DNA of 64,000 bases from Candidatus Omnitrophota bacterium (GTDB lineage Bacteria; Omnitrophota; Omnitrophia; Omnitrophales; Aquincolibacteriaceae), in contig JAYTHE010000026.1 in assembly GCA_043732705.1 (NCBI GenBank), positions 12,136 to 76,135 of the forward strand. Direction: 5' to 3'. The notes under the pieces are model-generated. The model saw nothing but the letters and a program-made list of their open reading frames with translations. It ran no database searches and was not told the DNA's origin. Shown one piece after another: positions 29,912 to 39,200 of the stretch; the stretch's first letter is position 1; each line of letters starts with the position of its first letter. The translations under genes were made by a program, and so were the position numbers.

Positions 29912-29979
29912 TGTCATTCCCGCGAAGGCGGGGATCCAGGTCTAACGATTACTAGATTCCCGCCTTCGCGGGAATGACA
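29912..29979. repeat. Inverted pair of palindromic hairpin units
   Basis: TGTCATTCCCGCGAAGGCGGGGATCCAG at 29912-29939 and CTAGATTCCCGCCTTCGCGGGAATGACA at 29952-29979. Confidence 0.85.
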
Positions 29980-29991
29980 TTAAAAAGGAAA

Positions 29992-31230
29992 TCATCTCTT
30001 TTTTAAGATGACGAGGGTTTCAATATGCTTGGTACGCGGAAACATATCAAAGGCCTGAACAGATTCCACCTTATAAGCCCGCTCGGTGAGTATCCTTAAA
30101 TCGCGCCCTAAAGCCCCCATATGACACGATATATATAGTATCGAATCAGGGCCCTTCCCTGAAGAAAGCGCCTTAGAAACGATGGGATCAAGGCCTGTGC
30201 GGGGAGGGTCAAGCAGGGCAAGAACGGGGCCATGGTGCTCTTCTTCCAAAATATCTTCGATGCAGTTTTCCACTTCTTCAGGGGCGATTTCAGCTGCAAG
30301 CCCCGCGTTATTCAAATTCATTTGCAAGGCGTCAATCGCTTGCGGATGACTTTCAACACACAAGGTTTGAGATTTGCTTGGATGCACGAGCATTGTAAAA
30401 GTACCCACGCCCGCGTAAAGATCCCAAAAATGTTCCGGTTTTAAACTTTCATACTGCGCATGAATTTTTTCTGCGATTTTTAAAGTCATTTCAAGATTAT
30501 TTTGAAAAAAGCAGCGCGAATGTGTTCGCAGGCGGATATTACCAACCGGAATATTAAAAAAAGTATCTTCAGCGCTTGTGGTAACTTTGCCTGCGGCTCC
30601 CACACGCACTGTGATTCTATTTGCTTTTGCAGTGTCATCCTCGCGCAGGCGGGGATCCATGTGCGGGTCGTTGGTCTGACGCGCAGTAGTCATCCCTGCG
30701 GAAGCAGGGATCTTCTGCCTGTTATCTCGAGTCTCTGGTCTCAGGTCTGCCAGAAATGAGTTAATCTCATTTTTAGCAAGTAGGCATGATTTGATTGCGA
30801 CTTTCGACTCATTGTTCTCATCCACAAAACCCCAGCCGTTATTTGCGTGATGTAAAGTGATGTGATTGCGATAGCTGTAAGGGTTGGAATTCGCGACAAT
30901 CGGCAGAAAAAGTTCATCGGGAAGCTGCAGCTGCTTTTGTAAAGATTCACGGATTTGAATTTCTTTCCATTTCACTTCTTCCGCGTAGCTCATGTGCTGA
31001 TACTGACAGCCGCCGCAGGAACCATAATAGGGGCAGGGAGGCGTCTCCCGCGCGTTAGAAGGATTCTCAATTTTGATGGCCCGTGCTTCTATAAAATTCT
31101 TTTTATCCTGAAGAATTTTAATTTCAACCGTTTCGCCCGGCAAAGCATTTTCAACAAAGCAAACTTTGCCTTCAAATCTGCCAATACCTTTTCCGCCGTA
31201 ACCTATTTTTTCGATTTTGATTTGTGTCAT
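29992..31230 (-). CDS. rlmD: 23S rRNA (uracil-C5)-methyltransferase RlmD/RumA family (TRAM + [4Fe-4S] + SAM-MTase), carrying an in-frame repeat insertion
   Basis: TRAM N-terminus (IGYGGKGIGRFEGKVCFVENALPGETVEIKI). Cys cluster CPYYGSCGGCQYQH. MTase motifs DLYAGVGTF and nucleophile ISCHMGALGRD. The segment IPASAGMTTARQTNDPHMDPRLREDDTAK is translation of the repeat family. Confidence 0.85.
   Translation of the reverse strand: MTQIKIEKIGYGGKGIGRFEGKVCFVENALPGETVEIKILQDKKNFIEARAIKIENPSNARETPPCPYYGSCGGCQYQHMSYAEEVKWKEIQIRESLQKQLQLPDELFLPIVANSNPYSYRNHITLHHANNGWGFVDENNESKVAIKSCLLAKNEINSFLADLRPETRDNRQKIPASAGMTTARQTNDPHMDPRLREDDTAKANRITVRVGAAGKVTTSAEDTFFNIPVGNIRLRTHSRCFFQNNLEMTLKIAEKIHAQYESLKPEHFWDLYAGVGTFTMLVHPSKSQTLCVESHPQAIDALQMNLNNAGLAAEIAPEEVENCIEDILEEEHHGPVLALLDPPRTGLDPIVSKALSSGKGPDSILYISCHMGALGRDLRILTERAYKVESVQAFDMFPRTKHIETLVILKKR
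30633..30717. repeat. Two direct hairpin repeat units inserted in-frame inside the rlmD-like CDS
   Basis: TGTCATCCTCGCGCAGGCGGGGATCCAT at 30633-30660 and TAGTCATCCCTGCGGAAGCAGGGATCTTCTG at 30687-30717. The minus-strand reading frame continues uninterrupted. Confidence 0.8.
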
Positions 31231-31256
31231 ATGAATTAATTTTTTGTATCCGTACT

Positions 31257-31325
31257 TGTCATCCCCGCGAAGGCGGGGATCCAGTCTTGAGTATTGCTAG
31301 ATTCCCGCCTGCGCGGGAATGACAG
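31257..31325. repeat. Inverted pair of palindromic hairpin units
   Basis: TGTCATCCCCGCGAAGGCGGGGATCCAG at 31257-31284 and CTAGATTCCCGCCTGCGCGGGAATGACAG at 31297-31325, between the two minus-strand genes. Confidence 0.85.
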
Positions 31326-31390
31326 CGGGTGATTATAGACAAAAAAAGAGGAGAGACCTACAAAAGTCTCTCCCCTTAAATTAAAGAATG

Positions 31391-32815
31391 CTATTTGGCG
31401 GCGACTGTCGAGCCTTCCCAGTCTTCAGCTTCTTTGGGGGTGGGTTGAAGCCCGTCCCACTTGTAAGTGAGGCCAAAGTTCCAAACATGCAGGAATGATT
31501 TGTATGTGCCGTCCACGGATGTCCCTAAAGGGTTGCTGATGTCATTTTGGACATGGCGATTGAGAAAGAAAACAGCAGTGTAGGCTGCATCAAAAGTAAG
31601 ATATTTCGTGAATGCATAAGAGATTCCAGCCGCCCAAATCATGCGGTTTGAATCCGGCACAACCGGTGTGAAGTGATTTTTGGGGATAGGCGTCCAATAC
31701 CAAAAGTTGCTGCCACGCAAAGTTAATTTATCGGTCATTTTATGACTTACACCGTACGCGAGAGAGTATCCGTTATGCCAATCTTTATCTGCTGCGCCGG
31801 TTGGTCCAGGAGTATTGAAAAGACTGTTTAGTAAATTATCATGAAAGCCGCTTAGCCCGCCCAACGATGTGCCGCTGATTGGATCCACAGGAATGTTGAG
31901 GTTGTCAAAAACAGACCAACGGGTCCAACCGAAATCAATTCCGACATCGGTTTTCTCAGTGGCTTTATAGTTATATCCCCAAGTCATATTCATGGGTAAA
32001 TGGACTTTGGTGTGAATGCCGGTTTCAAATTTACCGGTCGTCCCGCCTCCGGCAAAGTCGTCTAAAATATTCTCACCCTTAAGTAGACCCTTAGCGCGGA
32101 CCAAAACAGGACTGCGGAAGTAAAAACCAATTTTATGTTTGGGCGCCGGTTTTGCCAAAATCCCCATATGCCAACCCCATGCATTCCCGGATAAGTTGCC
32201 GCGAACCTGTCCGTCGGGAGTGGTGGGTACGCCTGTAATGGCTTTATTGGGATAAGCCGCGATTTGGCCTAAGTCAAAAATACGATACCACATTGGACCG
32301 CCGCCCATTGAGAGCCAATCTGTAAATCGAAAAGAGGCAACGGGTTTGATCGCATACATTTTAAGCCAGTTGCGAGAGCCAGTGTAATGCGTTGCCGTAA
32401 AACCGGAATCATATTTATTGGAAAGACCAAACGGAGAATCAACGCCAAGACCGAGTGCTAATCGGTCATTGAAAACTTTACCCGGATTAACCGAAAGATA
32501 AGTTGTTGGCGCGACAATGGTTGTTCCCGAACTGCGTGAAGAACCTCCGCCCGGCAAATCACTATCCATACGTGTCCACATATTTAAAAAATTGGCATTG
32601 CCTTGAAATTGGACGCCCGGTAAATCAACCAATCCCGCAGGGTTCGATGAAATGGAAGCGGGCTCATCAGGATCAGCTGTCACTGCGCCGCGAGCATAAG
32701 CACGGGGGCTAAAAGTAGCATTTTCGAAACCGGCGCCGCCGACGGCATAAGAAGAAGCGGGGAGTGCGATGAGTACAATGAGTATGAGAGCTGATACTTT
32801 TTTGAAATGCTGCAT
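31391..32815 (-). CDS. FadL/TodX-family outer membrane transport protein
   Basis: Signal peptide. N-terminal GAGFENATFSPRAYARGGAVTADPDEPASISSNPAGL motif typical of FadL-like proteins. Beta-rich with a C-terminal aromatic residue. Confidence 0.7.
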   Translation of the reverse strand: MQHFKKVSALILIVLIALPASSYAVGGAGFENATFSPRAYARGAVTADPDEPASISSNPAGLVDLPGVQFQGNANFLNMWTRMDSDLPGGGSSRSSGTTIVAPTTYLSVNPGKVFNDRLALGLGVDSPFGLSNKYDSGFTATHYTGSRNWLKMYAIKPVASFRFTDWLSMGGGPMWYRIFDLGQIAAYPNKAITGVPTTPDGQVRGNLSGNAWGWHMGILAKPAPKHKIGFYFRSPVLVRAKGLLKGENILDDFAGGGTTGKFETGIHTKVHLPMNMTWGYNYKATEKTDVGIDFGWTRWSVFDNLNIPVDPISGTSLGGLSGFHDNLLNSLFNTPGPTGAADKDWHNGYSLAYGVSHKMTDKLTLRGSNFWYWTPIPKNHFTPVVPDSNRMIWAAGISYAFTKYLTFDAAYTAVFFLNRHVQNDISNPLGTSVDGTYKSFLHVWNFGLTYKWDGLQPTPKEAEDWEGSTVAAK

Positions 32816-33125
32816 TTTTTTCCCCTCCGACGCATGCGTCGTTCCCTAAAGTCAGTATTTATTCCGCTTCATTCTAACGGCAATTTCCGGAATTTCTTCA
32901 GATTTAAATCAAGATAAAGAAAAGTCTTTTGATTGAAGGTCCGCGATTTTATCTCCGCGAGCTCAAAATCAGAAATAAATCGATCTCGTTAAACCTTCTT
33001 ATAAAGTTTTCAGTACTCAAGTGAATGATATTAATAAACGTTTTTTATCGTTTTTTGGTATCCGCTCTTCCGCTTTTCTTTCATTCGCGCATGCTATTTC
33101 CTGAGTCTCTGTTTAAACTCCAAAC

Positions 33126-33299
33126 ATGACGCATCCTGAAAAAATAAACACAGATAGTTGGATCGAAATCAAATTGATTGTTGAGCCGGAGGAATATCGA
33201 TTCCTTCAAAAGCAAGCTCAGCGCAAAGACATGATGGTTTCAGACCTAATTCGGCAAATTGTTCTGCGCTACATCGGTAATGAACGGGGGAGTTTATGA
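33126..33299 (+). CDS. Small (57 aa) ribbon-helix-helix-like protein, translationally coupled to the giant gene
   Basis: Absent from the ORF table (below 60 aa). Reads MTHPEKINTDSWIEIKLIVEPEEYRFLQKQAQRKDMMVSDLIRQIVLRYIGNERGSL. The beta-alpha-alpha pattern is CopG/RHH-like. Its TGA overlaps the giant gene's ATG (ATGA at 33296-33299). No strong SD. Confidence 0.4.
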   Translation: MTHPEKINTDSWIEIKLIVEPEEYRFLQKQAQRKDMMVSDLIRQIVLRYIGNERGSL

Positions 33300-36200
33300 G
33301 GTTAAAAAAAACAGTCAAGAAAGTGACCGCGCTTTTTTTGATAGTTACTTTTTCTTGGACAAATTTAATTGGAGCAAATAGCTGGGCGGCAGTCGAGCCG
33401 ATTCAAATGGTTAATGGGCAAGCCACAGCTGTTACCGATCCTTTTGCCACGAATACAAGTACTACTCAGATGGGAACGGTTCCCGTTGATTTTTTAGCGC
33501 AACAACCTGTGGTGACAACCGCTGCCGCAGTCTCCTTGGTTTCAATTGCTCCTACAGCTGCATTAAAATCTACCAACGTATCAAGTTTGTTGGGGAACCC
33601 TAAACCTTATATTCTTTCTAGTTCAACTTCCGCGACAAATCTGAGCTATGTAAACAATGCATTCAATTTTGGTTATAGTGTTCCAAATACTAACGACAAA
33701 TCAGGATTTTCTGTTTCATTTGATAATACAAGTACGGCCTTGATAGAAACGCAAAGCCTAACAAAAATGACCTTGGGTTTGAAGGGCACTGCTTCGACAA
33801 TTCAACTCGAAATCGTGGACTCATCCGGAATGCACGATAAGATTTTACTCACAGGTATTTCAAACACAGTCGAGCAGTTTTGGAAGATTCCAACGGCCTA
33901 CTTTTCTGCTTCAGTGAATAAAGCGAAAATTACTCAAATTAATTTTATTGTTGATCAATCGAATACTACAACCACAGCCCGATCGGGAACTTTGAATGTT
34001 CGGTTGAACGGATTGGATGTCGCTTCGCCAACTGCGCCTCTTGTGCAATCTGCGCCGCCCGCATTTTCAAATGTGAATAATATTACCTTGTCAGGAGCCA
34101 AAGAAGCGAACACATCACTTTTGATTAATGGTGTTGAAGTTATGCCGCGTAATAACTCAACAGCCTGGTCTTATCAGGTGAGCTTGCCCATAGAAGGTAA
34201 ATATATATTCAGTCTGATTGTCAAAAATTCGCTTGGAAAAATCAGTGCGGCATCTACGGTTGCGATAACGCGTGATACTGTTTTACCAACCGGAACAATC
34301 ATAATCGATTCAGGGGCTCTTTATTCCACTGACTTAAATGTGGCGTTGAAGCTTTCGGCGGTAGACGCCGGCAGCGCGGTCAAAAAAATGAGTTTTTCAG
34401 CGGACGGAGTGAATTGGAGTGCTCAAGAAACTTATGTGACTGCAAAAACTCTGACGCTTTCCTCAGGCGACGGTAATAAAACGGTGTATGTGAAATTTTA
34501 TGACGGAGCGGGGAATGCTAGCGCCGTATATTCCAAATCAATCATTGTTGATACTTTACCGCCTTCCGGAACAATTAAAGTGAATGATGGTGTGGCGATG
34601 ATTAATCAACGGGTAGCAATGTTGAATCTTTTAGCTGTAGACGTTGGATCCGGTGTCAGCAAAATGAGTTTTTCAACTAACGGGACTTCTTGGACAACCG
34701 CAGAAGTCTATGGGACAACTAAAGATTGGATATTTTCAGCGGGTGATGGGAATAAAATAGTTTATGTAAAGTTTTTGGATAAGTCGGGTAAATGGTCAAC
34801 GCCGATATCAGCAGCTGTTTTGATGGATACAATCAAACCGACAGGATCAATTAATATTAATTCCGGAGCGGCTTATGTTAATTTGCCTGAGATTGCGCTT
34901 AATCTTTCTGCTGCCGATCTTGGGGGAGCAGGCATCGGCAGCATGAGTTTCTCGTCTGACAATGTGAATTGGACAGTGCCGGAAGCTTACACGACTACCA
35001 AATCCTTTGTGCTTTCTCCCGGCGATGGGAATAAAACAATTTATGTAAAATATTTTGATAAAGCGGGGAATGTGAGTGTCGCTTATTCAAAATCCATTCT
35101 ATTGGATACGATAGCACCAACGGGTACGATGCGTATTAACGGAGGCGAGTCTTTTGTTAGTCAGACAGCCGTAACTCTTAATTTAACCGCAGCTGATTCC
35201 GGTACGGGGCTCGATAAGGTAAGTTTTTCGAATGATGGTGTGAATTGGAGCGTGGCCGAAACATTTGCTGCCGAGAAAAATTGGGTGCTTGCGATTGGCG
35301 AAGATCTTAAAACTGTTTTTGTTAAGTTTCTTGATAAGGCCGGTAATTGGTCAAGTGTAATTTCTAATAGCATTTTTCTGGATGTCACCGCGCCCACGGG
35401 GGCAATCAATATTAACTCCGGCACTGCTTACACAAACTCAAAAAATATCACATTAAATTTATTAGCAAATGATTCTGGCAGTGGTATCGATAAGATGAGT
35501 TTCTCAGTAGATGGAATTAATTGGAGCGCGCTTGAAAATTTTACGGCTTCCAAAGCATGGATGCTTTCTGACAATGATGGGAATAAAACGATTTATGTAA
35601 AATATTTTGATAAAGCGGGGAATGGGAGTGTCGCTTACTCAAAGTCCATTATCCTGGACACTATCGCACCGATTATTGATCTTTTGAATGCGCCGACTCA
35701 TGCAAATAGCGCAAGTTACATGACTCAGTATCGTGTGGATGGCGTATTAAAAGACAAAGCTTTTACGCTTAGCTCCGGAATGAATGCGATTTCAATTCGG
35801 GAAATAGACTTTGCGGGAAATGAAACAATTCGCACATGGAATGTGGAATATTCTACGACGGAAGACATCAATCTTGCCGGCGGTGGGTTGCAACATTTTG
35901 AAAATGGAAAGATTCAGTATCAGGTTAATGCGGACGGGAGCCGGGTTAATTATAATTCGGATGGATCGATTGCGAATTTTTCATGGGGCATAGCGAATGG
36001 AAATACAAAGGTCACATTTTTAAATGACGCACAAAACTCTTTAGAAATACGCGACGCATCCAATCAATTAATCAAGATCATCTCAAATGTAAAACCCCCA
36101 GAGCCTAATTTGAGCAACGCTCTTAAAATTAATTTGCAAGATGGAATCGAGACTTACTATTCAGAAGGTGTCTTGAAGGAAATCCGGACTGCGGAAAATG

Positions 36201-39200
36201 TGAAGCTTTTTAATTTAACGATGTCCGCGCCTGTCTCCGCAAGTGAAGTGCCCGAAATACGGGATGCCGTGATTGCTTATCCTAATGGTTCGATTGACAT
36301 TATGTGGAATAAATTTTTGATCCGCAGAATCACAGTTGATGGATCAATTACAGATATGCTGCCTGACGGAACGATAGGCAGGGAAATTAGCGAGGAAATT
36401 GAGCAAACTTATCTCGGAATTTATGATGCCTCCGGAAATGTTGCAGGGACAAAAATTCTTTCGAATCAAGGCGACGAAGTCACTTACGACGAAAAGGGAA
36501 TTTTAAAAGAAGTCAAAGGGCATGATGGTAAGCATTTTGTTTATGATCGCACACAAAGTGGGAACCAGTATCTTTTAAGCCTAAACGGAGCACTTTCCAG
36601 TTCTGCGTCGGACCAAACGCTTAAATCAGGGAAATATGCGCAAGACGGAAGCGTTCTTGAGCTTGATTTTCAAAATGGCAGCAAAGTAACCTTTGAAAAC
36701 GGACAAATTAAACAGGCTGTAAATGCACAAGGTGAGACGGTTAATTACAGTCAACTGCTAAGCAATGGCCTCGCACAGGGGCTAATGGTGAATCGGGGCT
36801 TAGCCAATTTTACTTATGACATAACCGGTTTTCTCAGCCAGATTCAAACGGAACAAGGAATCATTACCCGCGAACAAGTGGACTCTAATCACGATGGTCT
36901 GCTCAATGACCAAGATACGGTCGATTTGCTGTTGGAGCTGACAGGCGGGAATAAACTCACGGATTTTCAATTGGATGTGAATGGGAAAATTTTAAATGGG
37001 ATTATCGAGACGCGCGAAGGTATAAAGCAGAAAATTGAAAATGGAATTCTTAGAGAGCTAATTACCGCAGATGGCAAAAAATATCTGATACATAACGGAC
37101 AGGCAGAACTTGATACTTGGGCATTTCAGGATGGCATAGTTGTGAAGTATGGCGGTACAAGTATTCAGCAGATTTTGTTTCCAAATGGGAAGCGTTTTGA
37201 GCAAGTGCAGCTTAACGCACAAAAAGAAATTGCAAGCTATGTTGAAATTGATGGTAACACACAAAGTTTTTTTGAAAATGGAATTTTAAAAAAGCGTGTT
37301 TTTGATGGGGTTCAGATTTTTTACTCAATAGATGGACGAGCTCAAAAAATAATCCGTGCGAATGGTGCCGAGGAATTTGTTGAGCATCAATTTGATGTGA
37401 ATGGAAATTGGGTTGGATTAAATCTGGTTAGTGCGGATGGCATGCTTGTTTACGATGAGGATGGAAAGCTTACCGCTATTTTGACATCAGGCTTAACCGC
37501 GCAGGTCGAAGATAGCACGATTAAGAGTCTTTCAACGCGCTTTGGAAATATACAAGATCCCGTTTTTAATGCTAAGGGCAATCTGAACGGAGAGGTTGTT
37601 TTATCAGACGAACGAAAACTTCTCATTCAGGATGGCAAACTTTTACGTATAACTTTTAAAAATGGAACACAGATTGATTGTGCCAATGGTCGCATCTCAC
37701 GCGTTGAAAATTCAGAGGGAATTTATCAGCTTACCTACTTGGAAAACTCTAGTGCCCTTGAGGATGTTAAAGTTAATTATGTCTTAAGCCCCGGTACTTC
37801 TGCCACCGGACTTACGGTTGAAATGAGCCTCGCAAGCTATTTACTAGCTAATCCTTATTCTGAATTTTCAAAAATCATAAGTCCTCGCCCTGCGAAAGAT
37901 ATTTTTGCGGGTGGAATACAAACACAGTTAGGCGCTCATGGTTTACTTGATTTATCAAAGATAGTTGAAGACCAAGATCGCGGAGATACTTACTCCGTAG
38001 GAGGGATTTTTGATCCAAACTTATCAGATATTTATAATTTAGATGGCAACTATAACGGCGGATATCTTAGCAAAAGTCTCATGGGGATGATTGCTTCTGA
38101 TTTACTAGATTTAGATGGAGATGGTGATTTAGACCGGATCTTTGTTGATTCTTCGAAAAATTTTTGGTGGGTTCAAAAATTTGAAAATGGAAGTTTCCTT
38201 TCTGCTGAGAAGTGGATCGGGATAGAGGCGATTGGAAATACAGTCAATAATTTTGCTTTAAGATTCTCTAATGACTCAAACACCGCGGTTATGGGTAACT
38301 TGCTGGATATGAACGGGGATGGCAGGCCTGATCGCGTAGTAGCTTCTGTAAATGAAAATCCCGTTTGGTATGTTCAATTAAATAATGGTGTCGGTTTTGA
38401 TCCGGCTAAAATTTGGAGTAATGTGCAGCCGCTTATCCAAATCAATGCCGGCGATCCTATCAACAAGTACGCGCTACAAGTTCGCGAGAATTCTTCGCAA
38501 AATCAGTTTTTTATCTCTGATTTAATTGACATGGATGGTGACAATTTGCCGGATCGCATTATTCAATCGCAAGCAAGCCCTGTTCCTGGCGCGGATCCAT
38601 TCAATCATTGGTTTTTTCAAAAAAATAACGGACATGGGTTTGATGAAGCTGTCATTTGGAAAGGGATTAACAATTCCTTTGATCTGGATCCTAAGATCGG
38701 CAGCGGCATGAACGTTTTTTTTAATAGTACAACTTGGTTTGATGAAGATCTGCGCCTTGCATTTACAAGCGCCCATGCAAGTTTTAATAACGCTTGGACT
38801 AGCAAAAATATTAATGCTTACCGTGCGACTTTCCTTCTAACTAAGTCAATGGTTAAAGGGCCTCCGGGAATCTTGAATTGGCTTAATAGCCTGGAACCGC
38901 AGCTTTTCGGAACGACATGTGTAAAGAACATATGCACTCAATATATAAAGGAAAACGTATACCAAGCGGCCAACGCACTTTTTTCAAACATTGATTCTGT
39001 CCAAAGAAATATTCTAACCACGAGCGTTCTAAAGGACATGAATGGCGATGGCCGGCCCGATCGAATTTTACTTAAACAGAAGAATCCGAGTAATGCTAAT
39101 TCGGGCTATAGCTGGTACATCCAATGGAATAATGGCAGCGGCTTTGATCCCGCTGTTCTTTTTGATGATCAAGTTCGCAGTGTGTCGGGCAGCATTGCGC

